Of a DNA stretch of 64,000 nucleotides, positions 40,764-54,036 are shown piece by piece. The translations under genes and the position numbers were made by a program. The notes beneath the pieces were generated by a model. The model did not search any database, was not told the origin of the DNA, and worked only from the letters and a program-made list of their open reading frames with translations. Position 1 is the stretch's first letter; each line of letters opens with the position of its first letter. The stretch spans positions 32,860,001-32,924,000 of the forward strand of contig NC_043000.1 in the NCBI RefSeq assembly GCF_006345805.1, read 5' to 3'. The stretch comes from Octopus sinensis (Eukaryota).

Positions 40764-41241
40764 TTAATGAGATATAGTCAAAACAATTAAATAATAATTG
40801 ATAAATTGTCAGTAATGGATGAAGAGTTTTGATGGAATAAAAGAATTCTTACAAATCAATGCAAAGAGAGGAAGGAAGAGAGAAAGAAGATAAAAAAAAC
40901 CAAAAAAAAAAAAAACGAAATACCAAAATCTATGGTTCTGTCTTTAAAATATATTTAGGAAATTCCATCAATACATAAAAAAGACCAAGTGTGAAATTGG
41001 TGAACACTTTTCATATTTCTAACAGCAATGATGGATTCTAAAAACAGCTGAGGAAGAAACAAGAGACGGTCTCTAAGCTTGGTTTTTACGGAAGAATGTT
41101 AAGATTTAGAAAAAGAAAAAATAAGGGACCAATTTGCATGTGCTGGATTAACATGGAATAGAGAGGGGCCTTGTAAAAGAAAAACAGTGATATTTTGGGG
41201 TATGTCATAAAAGTAGGTCGTCATACAACCATACATATGTA

Positions 41242-42513
41242 TTGGGTCATCCCATAAATAATGCAGTTTTTTATACTTCTTTTATTTTTCAAAATAAAGA
41301 TAAACAAAGTTCTTTTTTAATCTAAAATAAACCCTCCTTCATTTTCTACATTGCTCTTCCATATATCTGGTTGACTTGCAAGGTCCCTCTTCCAAAATTC
41401 ACTTGTCTGTGACAGAAAATACTCTTCCAGTACTGTTCTGACCTCGTCTACAGAATTTATATTTTTTCCATCCAAATAATTTTGAAGACTGTGGAATAAA
41501 TGATAATCAGATGGGGGCAATGTCTGGCGAATATGGTGGGTGGAGTATCGTTTCCCATTCAAACTGCTGCAGCCTTTGGAATGTCATCCTCACTGTATGT
41601 GGCCAAGTATTATCCTGATGGAAGAACACCTTTCGTCTTGAAACCAAAGATGGTTGTTTTTCTTCTAGTACTGACTTAAGCTGCTCACAGTAGATCTCCT
41701 TTGTTATTGTTTAGTTTGAGTTTAAAAGTTCAAAGTGGACTAAACCTTTCATATCCCCCCAAACAGATAACAACACCTTATGAGGGTGAAGACCTTCTTT
41801 AGCCTGGGTTGCCGGTGTTTCTCCTTTCCCTACCCACTGACTTCTACGCTTGCCATTTTTGAAGATGATCCATTTTTCATCACCAGTCACTATTTCGTCC
41901 AAAAAAGGTTCATTCTTCAGACTTGACAGCAAAGAAGAGCACACATTCACTCTCTGCATGTGATTAGACTTGGAAAGTTAGTGAGGAGCCCATTGACTCA
42001 ATTTCCTGATGGCATGCAGGTATTGATGAATGGCTGAATGACCAAGTCCAAGCGTCTCTGTTAGTTCCTCAAGAGTTATGGTGGGATTTTGTTCCACCAG
42101 GGTTTGCAGGATGTCCTTGTCAAGCTCTACAAATCTTTCAGGTCAAGGCTTGTCTTCTAGGCTGTAGTTTCCGGCTCAGAATTTCTGGAACCACTATTGA
42201 CACTGGCTGACGCTTATTGTCCAATCCCCATATACTGCATTAATATTCCTCACAGTTTCCATTGCGTTGTTGCTTTCATTGAACTCATAAAGCAAAATAT
42301 GCTGAATATGTTCCTTTGTCACTTCCATTAAAGCTTTGGAAAAATAACTGTTAAAATCAAACTGCACTCTTCAAAACTTGAACTAAGAATAAGCACACAA
42401 GGTAAAATTACAACCTGCTTTTATAGCAAGTTGATGCAGGTAGTTTATCCTGTCCCCCTCTGACTTTTAATTCATACAATTGAAAAAACTGCATTATTTC
42501 TGAGATGATCCAA
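41242..42513 (-). mobile_element. Complete mariner transposon (~1.27 kb) with TIRs and TA TSD
   Basis: TIR TTGGGTCATCCCATAAATAATGCAGTTTTT vs its complement at 42484-42513 (3 mismatches); TA flanks. Confidence 0.93.
41317..42328 (-). pseudogene. Mariner DD34D transposase pseudogene
   Basis: MEVTKEHIQHILLYEF.., IVTGDEKW, PPSDYHLFHSL..; in-frame stops and frameshifts. Confidence 0.92.
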
Positions 42514-42692
42514 TACATACACATGTATATATGTAAACGTATATACAAATAGCTATGTACATATGCACGTATAAGAGAAAGTTGAAATAAGGAAACAATT
42601 TGAAAGATGCACAGATTATTGAGGAAATACGAAAACCAAATTTTCCTTTCAAAATATAAAAAAAACAAACAGAATACTTTTAGAAAATAATA

Positions 42693-42698
42693 TTTATT
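42693..42698 (-). terminator. Candidate ORC5 polyadenylation signal AATAAA
   Basis: AATAAA on the minus strand about 165 nt after the stop; chance hits are common in AT-rich DNA. Confidence 0.3.
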
Positions 42699-42861
42699 TC
42701 AGAAGGAATAAAGTTAGTCTTTTTAAAAAGTTTTATACAGTCATGATGATGATGATGATGATTAACAATACCATCATTAAATGTTGTTAACATTAATGAT
42801 AATGTTATTCATTAATAATAGTGCTGTTAACAGTAACGATGGTGGTGTTTGTTTTCTGTTT

Positions 42862-42907
42862 TTACAAGAAATCATACAGATATCGGATTATATCAAAGTT
42901 CACAGAC
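42862..42907 (-). CDS. ORC5: ORC5 terminal coding exon: (R)SVNFDIIRYLYDFL*
   Basis: cattgcag| acceptor, TAA stop; matches the ORC5 C-terminus TVNFDIIKYLYDFL. Confidence 0.95.
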
Positions 42908-44294
42908 CTGCAATGTAGAGAAAATATTTAAAAGATTAACCCCTTGATAAGATGATGGCGTCCAAGAAAAGGACAACGAAAATGATACAAAAATAGAGCA
43001 TAGAGAAGGAAGGAGAAAAGAAAGAGTGGACAAAAATGAGGACAAGGGGGTGAAAGAGTATGGAAGAGGAAACAGAATTGGTGGTGGTGAGGAGAGTGTG
43101 TGATGGATGTTAATAGAAAGGGAGGAAGTGGACAATAGGAAAAGTGAGTGATGAGTGGAGAGGTGGGTGACAGAAAGATAAGTACCAGTTACACACTGGG
43201 GTCGATGTAATCGACTTAACCCCTTTGTCTGTCCTTGTTTGTCCCCTCTATGTTTAGCCCCTTGTGGGTAGTAAAGAAATAGGTATTTCGTCTGCCGTTA
43301 CGTTCTGAGTTCAAATTTCTCTGAGGTTGACTTTGCCTTTCATCCGTTCGGGGTCGATAAATTAAGTACCAGTTACGCACTGGGGTCGATGTAAATGACT
43401 TAATCCGTTTATCTGTCCTTGTTTGTCCCCTTTATGTTTAGCCCCTTGCAGGCAGTAAAGAAATAAGAAAGATAAGTGATGAAGTGACAAGAGTTATATC
43501 AAAGATGGCAGACAAGGAGAGCAAAAGGCCAAAATGTGAAGTATATTATTCAGTCATTCATATTTTTACATTTCTATTTCTTTTTTTGTCCATGCTGTTA
43601 TCACTTGGACAAATCTATAACTAAGGTATTGTTTTACAATTTCCTGGTTGACGTCACAAGAAAAAGTACTCAGCATACACTGCGGGTGTGGTTGGTATTA
43701 GGAAGGGTATCCAGCTGCAGAACTGTACCAAAATTGGAGTTTGATGCTGCCATATAGCTCACTGGATCCTATAAACTGTGCAACTCATACCAGAATGGAA
43801 AACTGATGTCAAAGGATGAGGATGAAGTCTTTCCCGTCACTAACCTTTAACTGTTTTTCAAGTAAGGGATCCATTATTTCATGTCTTTGAAGACAAAAAA
43901 TAGCAGATAATTAGGTTGACAAAAGAAATGGCAACAACACCATTGCAGATAGCTTTGGGTTTTCTGGGAAGCACAAATATATGCACACACACATACATTT
44001 GATGGGTTTCTTTCAATTTCTGTCTACCAAATCCACAAATTCTGGGGTCAGAGTAGAAGACACCTGCCTAATGTGACAGGAAATGGGACTGAATCTGAAG
44101 TTACATAGTTGGGAGGCAGACTTCTTAGTCACACAGCCATGCCTTTATTGTATGTATTTCTAAGATGATTTAGCTGCTATTTCTAGCAGATCCAGTGACT
44201 ACATTGAAACTCTCTAGTTGGTCTATCTCCTTCTTTGTACTATAAAAGGCACCACAGAGAGACACAGTCTTCTGTTGTGAACACCGTAACACCT

Positions 44295-44786
44295 GTAGTA
44301 AAGATCATTTGTCAACATAACATAGCAGTCCTGGTTTGGGATGAACGTTGCCATAATTTAGCCCCAGGAGACATCGTCTCCAGCTGGCTATACGACACGA
44401 TCTGTGTCCTTATATTTTCGAACAAGGGAATCTAGCACTCCCACTCAGCTCAAAATAATATCTGTGTATCACAATTTCCAGGTTATTTCCCTTCATCAGC
44501 ACAGAATAATTGTTTGGCTAGATGTGCTGATGAAGGGAAATCACCCAGAAATTGCGATACACAGATATTGTTTTGAGCTGAGTGGGGGTGCTAGAATCCC
44601 TTGTTCGAAAATATAAGGACACAGATTGTGTTGTATAGCCAACTGGAGACGATGTCTCCGGGGGCTAAATTACAGTAACATTCGTCCTAAACCAGGACTG
44701 CCATGTTATGTTGACAAACAATCTTTACTACAAAGTACTGTTGCTGAATATCTTTCATTGTGAGATTTAAACATAGTAATTTTCTA
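44295..44786. mobile_element. Non-coding foldback element with two inverted HHR motifs and 12-bp TSD
   Basis: Arms 44294-44504 and 44524-44732; ACCGTAACACCT (44283) / ACCATAACACCT (44787); CTGATGA..GAAA..TA on both strands. Confidence 0.85.
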
Positions 44787-45560
44787 ACCATAACACCTAT
44801 ATAACAAACTGTAGTTTATTAATTTATGGTGCGCTGCCTTGGCTGGCTTCCGTGCCAGTGGCATGTAAAAAGCATCAACCAATCGTAGCCGTTGCCAGCC
44901 TCCTCTGGTCCCTGTCCTGGTGGCACGTAAAAAGCACCCACTACACTCAAAGAGTGGTTGGCGTTTGGAAGGGCATCCAGCTGTAGAAACACTGCCAGAT
45001 CAGACTGGAGCCTGGTGCAGCCTCCTGGCTTCCCAGACCCTGGTCGAACCGTCCAACCCATGCCAGCAGGGAAAACGAATGTTACACGATGATGATGATG
45101 CAAAGACCAAAATACTTGCACAGGTCTGAAGCAACACAGGAATGCCACTTCAATGGATTCCCTCTCCCCCCCCTCTCTCTCTCTCTCTCTCTCTTTGGAA
45201 ATGGTACATATTAAGGGAGTTAGGCTTTATCTGGTGTTGGCAGAAGAATTTTAATTGCTTACATTTGATTCAACATCATCATAGAACTGAAGCTATTCAG
45301 GTTATTTAGCAGCAACCATTCAATGTACCCCAGATTATTTAAATAGAGAAGAACTCAATAACAACATTAGAAATGAAATATGGAAAATGTAAATTCTTGC
45401 TTTGTTTCCATAAGGAAGTGGAACCGCAGAAAATAGAGAAGATAGTAATTTATCAGAGAAACCAAACATTTTAGAGACAGCAAATGGACTGAGTTGGCTG
45501 TTTGGTAGAATATACCATTTCTGAGATATTATATTTGATAATCAACGGCTGTTGAGACAG

Positions 45561-45564
<4 letters not shown>

Positions 45565-45610
<46 letters not shown>

Positions 45611-45905
45611 TGTGTACAGTGCTCAGGTGCACTACAACTCATCTAAAGTGTATATATAATCAGGTGTAGTTTCGGCGGATTTCGGAAAGCATGAGGGCCT
45701 TAAAGGATGCAGTGTCATGGCAGTCAACAACTGACGCAGGCAGTTTGTTCCATGCTTCAGCAACTCTGAGCGTGAAAAAATGTTTCCGAAAGTCATGGGA
45801 GCTGTGTTGTTTTCTGACTTTGTAGGCATGTCCACGTGTGTTAGACACGTGGAGATCAAAAAGGTGTTCAGTGTTGTTGTTGGTGAGGTGGTTGACATTT
45901 AGAGT
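45565..45905 (-). mobile_element. CR1/L2-type LINE 3' end with (ATT)n tail
   Basis: NTRGHAYKV..RKHFFTLRVAEAWNKLPASVV..FK. Confidence 0.85.
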
Positions 45906-47599
45906 ATTGTAGATATCTATAATTATGAGAAAATTGAAAAATCTAGAATGTGTGTGTGTTAGCCAAAAGATATAACGGAATTGTTCCTTAGTTTATCTAA
46001 GAATTTGTCAGCACTAAACCTAACTTCTGATGATGGGTCTATACCTGTCAAGCAATCTCTACAACTCATCTTCATAATACCCACTCCTTCTGCAACTGCA
46101 TAACTACAGCATCATTTTCTCGCCTGTGGTAATTAGATGAGAGCAGAACTGCATATATTCCATGCCTACCCTTTTGTGCTACTAGTTACCCCTCTCCTAG
46201 GCATCTCTCTTTGGTTTTATTGTAGTCACTCCACCCACTTCTTTATGTATCACCACTTCCCCCTCTGATCCCCACCTTTTTTCCTTACATTCTCCACAAA
46301 CTGATCATCATCATCATCATTGTTTAACGTCCGTTTTCCGTGCTAGCACGGGTTCGACAGTTTGACCGGGGTCTGGGAAGCCAGGAGGCTGCACCAGGCT
46401 CCAGTCTGATCTGGCAGTGTTTCTACAGCTGGATGCCCTTCCTAATGCCAACCACTCCGTGAATGTAGTGGGTGCATTTTACGTGCCACTGGCACAGGTG
46501 TCAGGGGAGGCTGGCAGTGGCCCCACAAACTGATATTCACCTCTATCCCCCTACACTCACCCTCCCTTCACACCCTCAAACCTACCACTCATCCAGTAAT
46601 ACCCTTATTCTTTCTTCATTCACCTTCTTGTACCTTGTGGGGTGGTATGCCCTGACACATCATTTTCACTTTTTTTTTGTCTTTTTCTTTGTGGAGTTAC
46701 CATCAAAGGTGGACACAGTAAAACTAAAAGTTAACTTTGATAACCGTTAATCAGTTAATTATTTCCTAATGTAAAGGAAGTTATTGATAAACAGTTAACA
46801 TTAATTTTTATTACAGAAAAATACCAAAAAATCGGTTTTTGGCTTAAAACCACACAAAGACACTTTTAAAAAGTGCCCAAACTATGAGATACGTTACCTT
46901 CAATCGAATTGAAGTGAACAGAGGTTAATTAGTCTGATAATGATTTCCAAAGTTAACTTCAAAGTTAAATCGTGAACAAAAATGTGAATTTCATTAATTA
47001 ACGACTAATGGATTAACAGTTTGGTTACCACGTATCTACTCTGTCCCCTCTTTCATACCTGGCATGAAACCACATCCCTCAATACTGCACCCTAAATCTG
47101 TGAAAAGGTCCTCTTGCTATTTGCTCGGTGAACTCACAACAGCTGGTGGGAGAATAAAAGCATCCAGGACATTCTGTAAAATGGTTGGCATTAAGAAGGG
47201 TATCCAGCTGTAGAAACCATGCCAAAGCAAACACTGGAGCCCAACAGAGTCCCCTGGCTTGTTGGATCATGTCGAACCATTCTACCCAAACCAGAAACAG
47301 CAAGGGTCTTCTACTATAGCCTTGGGCCGATCAAAGCCTTGTGAGTGGATTTGCTAGATGGAAACTGAAAGAAGCCTGTTATATATATGTGTGTGTGTCA
47401 CCACAACATCGCCTGACAACTGATGGTGGTGTGTTTACGTCCCTGTAACTTAGCAGTTCGGCAAAGAGACCAATAGAATAAGTACTAGGTTTACAAAGAA
47501 TAAGTCCTGGGGTCAATTTTTGACTAAAGGCAGTGCTCCAGCATGGTTGCAGTCAATTGACTGAAACAAATAAAAGAATAAAAGAAAAGAAAGAATATA

Positions 47600-48400
47600 T
47601 ATATATTTCCTTGACCTTCGACCCAACCCCCAACCTGACATCTATGCTCGTTCATCTGGCCGAACTTGTCCTCTCACTCAACTGCTTCTCGTTTGCTGGT
47701 GATTTTTACCAGCATGTCTCGGGAGTGGTCATGAGAACGTGAATGGGCCCCAACTATGCGAACCTGTCTGTTGGTTACGTTGAGGCCCAAATATTCTCAA
47801 GTTTCACTGGTACCACTCACGAACTATACGGCTGTTATATTAATGACTGTATTGGTATGATCTCATTCTCCCGCAAACATCTAGACTTCTTCCTCTCTTT
47901 TGTCAAATCTTTCCATCATGCCCTCCACTTCTGCAGTATCTCTGACACTTCTGTCTCCTTTCTTGACATTTTGGTCAGCATTTATCACTCCACTCTCACC
48001 ACCTCCATCCAAACACACAGACTCACACTCATACGATAACTACTACTCCTCCCATCCTAAACACATCAAACTCTCTTGCCAGAGCACGTTCTGTGGACCG
48101 TGCATCTGCTCTCTCCCCAGCACCTGCCCCACTGTCTCCCCTCACTTACCACTCCAAGCCTTCCGGTGACTCCAGTCTGACCCCTCCACTTCGCACATCT
48201 TCCCTAATCGACCCCTCTCCTCCTTCAAATGAGCCCAGAACCTACGAGACCTCTTGGTCCACAGCTTCTTCCCTAACCCAACCTTCCAACCTGGCTCGTT
48301 CCCCTGCTCCCGCCCATGTTGCTGCACTTGCCCTTACCTCTCCAACACCCATCAATGACACTATCATATCCCCGACTCCTTCACCTGCACTTCTAGCGTA
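47600..48400 (+). mobile_element. Penelope-like element, second lineage (RT core through start of GIY-YIG, internally deleted)
   Basis: LAELVLSLNCFSF..MGPNYANL..YINDC (YIDD variant), FLDI, TDSHSY..SSHP, GSFPCSRPCCCTCP. Confidence 0.85.
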
Positions 48401-49499
48401 GGCTTGAAATGTTAAAGACCATTTCACTTCCTGGGTGCTAAACTAATACATCTGTTTGTTGTCTACACTATTTGACTCTGTCTTTTGTTTTTTTTGTGAA
48501 TTCTCCCCCACATATATATATATATTATATATATATATATTGGAAAATTTGAAAATGGAGACAAACGCCTAAGATGTTATTAGATCATTTATATCTTCAT
48601 ATCATCGACATATGTTTTGATGGATGCATTCAAAATACATCTCACAGGACGAATAATGTTGAGCAATGCATCAATCTCATCAGGGAGGATATAAATGACA
48701 GTGCTCATCAAATAGACATTTTAATAAGTATAAGAAACTCTAATATATGCAATGCGTATATTATATATATATATATATATTATATACACATAGGTGTATA
48801 CACGCGTACACACATTGAAAGCGAAGTTGTGAAGGGAACGCTAGAAATTTGAAAATGCCCTTGAGGAAACAGATGCCTTAGGGTGAGGGAAGAAGAGAAG
48901 GTATAGAGGAAGAAAGGGGGAATGAAAGAACAAAGTTAAAGGAAAAAGGAAGTTATGAACAGAAGGAGAAAATATGACGGAGGGAAAGAAAAGCTGAAGG
49001 GAAGAATATGGATTACAGGAAGTAAGAATAAAGATAAGTAGCAGAAATTATCATTAGATGAGGGGTAAATATTATTTAAAAAAAAGCAAAGGAGTGTTTT
49101 TTCCAATGTAAACACCTGTAAACTCATTTATTAAAGGTGTTTACCAGTTTATGTTTAGAAAAGAGGATAGTTGCTCTTCCACACAGAGAGGTCAAAAAGT
49201 TTTCCTTTTGTCATAGGGGAATGATCTGGATAAAATTTTATAATCTAAAGAAAAAAAGTTTGTTAGAGTCTTTAAGGTGCCAAATTAGCTTACTAAGTCC
49301 TGTAGAATTACACTTATGACTATATTTAAAAGCTGAAAAATGGTTTGCTGTATAGCATTTCAACTCCATAGAAGATAATCCAATACAAAAGAATTCTTTA
49401 GATCCAGAGGTAATTTTACATTGGTAAATGGCATTTTAAGTTTTCCTGAAACAACTCATCAAATAAGATTAACTCTTTTATTAATCATATAAGATGGCA

Positions 49500-50145
49500 A
49501 GCTTTCTTCTTTGATAATAAGGATGTCAAGCCACCCTCCAATGACCAAAATTCTGAATTTAGTAAACTATTGAAATCTAAAAATAATCTTCCTCCTAACC
49601 CAAGTTTAAAACAGTTTGAAGAGGACTTCTGATCTATTAAGAATGTTAAATTCCATCGCTCACCCTTAAGAAATAAACATCTAAAATATCTACATAATAT
49701 TACCAAAGAAATCAACAGCATGGAAGGCCTCCTTGTTCAATCAGATAAAACTGGTAACCTGTATCACTTAAGCAAGGATTTTTACCTAAAACTACTCAGG
49801 AAGGAAATACAAAGAAATATACAAGACTATGAGTAAAAACATTATCAGAAAGGCCAATCGAGAGGATCAGAAAATTATGGAAAAATATAAGTTACAAACG
49901 AAAACTGGGCCTTTAACTTCAAAGCAACCCAGTTTTATCTTAAAGGGACACAAACCTAACTTCTTCAATAACCCAACTCTCCAGCTTATCTGCCCTTCTA
50001 GTTCGGATATTGGTATACTTAGCAAAACAGTTCTTGATAAGTACATTCCTTTGTTAATGAAAATACTCAAACTTAATTTATGGTTTAACTCATTCCAGGT
50101 TGTGGACTGGTTCAACTCTATCGACAATAAACTAAACACTAACTA
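49500..50145 (+). mobile_element. Penelope-like RT N-terminal fragment
   Basis: FILKGHKPNFFNNPTLQLICPSSSDIGILSKTVLD..NLWFNSFQVVDWF. Confidence 0.8.
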
Positions 50146-50829
50146 TTGATAATAATAGTAGTAATAATAACAATAATAATAGTAATAATATTATTAATTG
50201 CATCGCCTTACTAGCACTTGTGCTGGTGGCATGTGAGATATTCGAGTGAGATCGTCGCCAGTGCCACTGGACTGGCTCCTGTGCAGGTGGCATGTAAAAA
50301 GCACCATTTGGGCGTGGCGGTTGCCAGTACCACCAAACTGGCCCTCGTGCCGGTGGCACGTAAAAGCACCCACTACACTCTCGGGGTGGTTGGCGTTAGA
50401 AAGGGCATCCAGCTGTAGAAACTCTGCCAGATCAGATTGGAGTCTGGTTTGCCAGACCTCAGTCAAATCGTCCAACCCATGTTAGCATGGAAAGCGGATG
50501 TTAAATGATGATGATGATGAGTAATAGATACAATAACAACAAAAATACATTGTTCCTCCCACAGACAATAATCCAAATGACATCCCATTACATCAAAACA
50601 TCCATAATCCTTTCATAAGTTTAAAGATGAACAGTGGAAGGGAAGTAACTATACTTCCTCATCCTGCATATACATACAAGTATTCATGAATGCATATGTG
50701 TATATATGTTTATGCATGTGTATGTACTTGTGTCAGTGTATGTATGTAAGTGTGTGTGTGTACCCATGTATACACATATGTGTATACATGTGTTTATGTC
50801 CATCTTAGAATTAGAAAATAATGAACACA

Positions 50830-51230
50830 GTAAAATTATGCACAAACTGGAAGTTGGAGATCATACTGAAATATACACTTCAAATATACCACACTTCAAT
50901 TTAAAAGACCATAAGTCTGATTTTAATATCAACCTTACTATAAGACTAATTTGTGCAACTAAGTCAAATCTTGAAAGAATCAGTAAAAATATATTAGACA
51001 GGATTGTACCTATTGTGAAGAAAAACCTCAATTGTAACCTATGGTTTAACACAGAAGTTATAACTTGATTTTATTTAGTACCAAATAAGGCTATTTCTTC
51101 CTTCTTATAATTTCATATTGACAATTATTATGCCTCTATACCACAGAGCATATTAAAGTTATAATTTTAGCTAGAAGTCTCTCTAATATTACACAGCAAT
51201 ACTATAACATTAGCTGAATCTCAACAAAAT
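50830..51230 (+). mobile_element. Penelope-like RT N-terminal fragment
   Basis: FNLKDHKSDF..IRLICATKSNLERISKNILD..NLWFNT. Confidence 0.8.
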
Positions 51231-53767
51231 TCCATCATCATCATCATTCAACGTCCGTTTTCCATGCTAGCATGAGTTGGATGGTTCGACTGGGGTCTGG
51301 GAAACCACAAGGCTGCACCAGGCTCCAGTCTGATCTGGCAGTGTTTCTACGGCTGGATGCCCTTCCTAACACCAACCACTCTGAGAGTGTAGTGAGTGCT
51401 TTTTACATGCCACCGGCCACAAGGGCCAGAGGAGGCTGGCAAATGGCCATGATCGGTTGGTGCTTTTTATGTGTCACCGACACAGACGCCAGTCAGGCGG
51501 CGCTGGCATTGGCCACGTTCAAATGGTGCTTTTTACGTGCCACTTGCAAACCATTAGATATGATAGGACTCTATTTAACCCAATACCACAGTCTAATAAC
51601 AACAGTAATACACAAACAGTGAATTTACTTAACTCTCTTATAAATGATTCCACAACAAATTCAGCTATCACACCACACATACCATAATAAATAATCCTAA
51701 CGCCATAAAATCTAATACCACTGAACAGAAACATATAGCTAAATATTGCACATGTAAAAATAATAAGTGATGCCCTTTAGAAGGCAAATGTAAAAGGTTC
51801 AATGTTATATATAAATGTACTATTACTAAAACTGCTAACCCACATAGTAAGATATATATAGGGAGCTACATTAACTTTAAACAAAGATTTTTAGCCCATA
51901 TACATTCATTTAAACTGAATATCATGAACAACGCTACCTCATTGGCTGCATATATACATAAACTCAAGCTAAAAAAATTATCCTGGTCAATTATTGACTT
52001 AGCTACACCATTTACCCATAAATCTTCTGTTTGCCATTTTTGTACAAAAGAATCACTATACATATTATATAAGCAAAATAATTTCATTAGCTGCTAGTTG
52101 GAAGCAAGATCCACATGTAGACATTGGTTTTATAAAACTTTTAAACACTATAGGCGATGATTAAGAAAAGCTTCACATTAATATTTTTTCTTTTATATTT
52201 TGTTATAATAAAATATCAAAATTATTTTAAGTAAAAAAAATAAACTTAAAATTAAAATTATTTTAAATCAAAAACACATATTCACAAGATATAGATTATC
52301 AATTAAATAAATACTTAGAATTTATCCTCTTGAAACTTGAACCTATACGTTTTTAATATGTAATTAATTGACTTTATGTATAATACATTAATTTACTCTA
52401 AACCAAGTCAATACACAACAATATCTAGATTTGCATAAAATATAAATTAATAATGATATCTTCTGGTTTTAACGCAATAATAATAAAAACAACAAATAAT
52501 CACTTTTATTCTCTCACATTTATGGATTACACACGGAAGAAGGAATGGATGATAGGAATTCTATCTTTATACAACCATCACAAATTTTTACCATGGATTT
52601 ATTCTACCTTTTTGGAAATTTTTGCTCAAATTTATACCAACACAGATATATGAATACCAATAATTTTTTAAACGTTTTTCTAATTTGTTTTAAACAGCAT
52701 TTTTTTCATTTGATTTCCACCACTCTTTGATGAGTGGATATACTTCCCAACGATGCTTACCTTTAGATTTCATTTAAAAAGGAAGTATATTCATGAAATG
52801 ATCGTAAGAACTTTTAAACATTTTAAAACATTTAAATAATCATAGCTGTATGTCATTTATCTATTAATACAATATTGTTAATATTATATACTAACTTTAT
52901 TATGATTTTTAAGATATAACTATTCCACTCTTTTACTCTCTAATATATAACTGCTCTCAGGAATCTTTAAATATCTTTTAAGATTTTAGACATATTTCAT
53001 ACTGGAGCACTTAATTGACATCCAATATACCTTGTTTTTAAAGGACATATTTAATTAACTATATATATAGTTTAAGGTGGCGAGCTGGCAGAAATGTTAG
53101 CATGCCAGGCGAAATGAGTAGCCGAATTTCGTCTGCCGTTACGTTGTGAGTTCAAATTCCGCCGAGGTTGACTTTGCCTTTCATCCTTTCGGGGTCGATA
53201 AATTAAGTACCAATTACGCACTGGGGTTGATGTAATCGACTTAATCCCTTTGTCTGTCCTTGTTTGTCCCCTCTATGTTTAGCCCCTTGTGGGCAATAAA
53301 GAAATATATATATATATAGTTTAAGTCCACCAAGGGTAACAATAGGTCATCAATTCAAGCAGCAGATTATGATTTGATAACAGATGTTCAGGCTGAACAT
53401 TGACCACTTCAATGCCTTCAGTAAGACAACATCCTGACCAATCACTCTCTTCCACTGACCAAAACTTACTGCATACATACTCATGGGTTTTGTATAGAAC
53501 TAGGTGCAGCAAAAAAACCTCCCACATTTTACAAGGTCATTGGTGCGGTGCTAGTCATGTTAGGCAAATGGTAACAGTGTCTTCAAAGTGCTTAGGTTTT
53601 ACCATTTTCTTTTATCAGTTAGCATAATGGTTTGGAACAGTGCATTTGCTTTGGAAATGCTTATCAAAAATGGTCAATGTGACGAAGTAGTTATTCTAAA
53701 ATGTTATTAGTTGCTGTTGTTGTTAATAATAAAGAAGAAAAATTGAGTGAAATGGGAATAAATATAC

Positions 53768-53880
53768 CTGGCTATGGGCTTGATAGTATCGAGTGAGACG
53801 AGGCATTTATATTTGGGAGTTTCAAGTTGGTCATCGGAAGCTACCGTGGTCAACAGTTTGAGAGTGACCAAAGAACTGAT
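53768..53880 (-). CDS. ORC5: ORC5 penultimate exon (113 nt): [37 protein letters not shown](R)
   Basis: ttttctag| acceptor and CAG|gtatat donor; DDQLxxPKYKCxVSLD motif. Confidence 0.96.
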
Positions 53881-54036
53881 CTAGAAAATAATGTCAAAAA
53901 TGGAAGAAATGACTAATGGTTATATGGAGAGGGAAACGGACAGGTGTTATGGTTGGATATTAATTGCTGTAATGACACAGAGAGGATAACCAATATATTC
54001 ACTTTTAAATTTTCTTATAAAAAGTGTTAGAGCTAG

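Noticed and set aside
46020-46060. CTGATGA at 46028 (also at 2891 and 40413)
   Set aside because: No GAAA or stem III downstream; the 40413 hit is within an RT coding remnant
46705-47040. Possible hAT-like MITE
   Set aside because: Terminal complementarity is too weak and no TSD was found
53620-53700. Nearby AG giving an alternative short ORC5 last exon (RITTSSH*)
   Set aside because: No similarity to ORC5; the exon at 42862-42907 gives the conserved C-terminus
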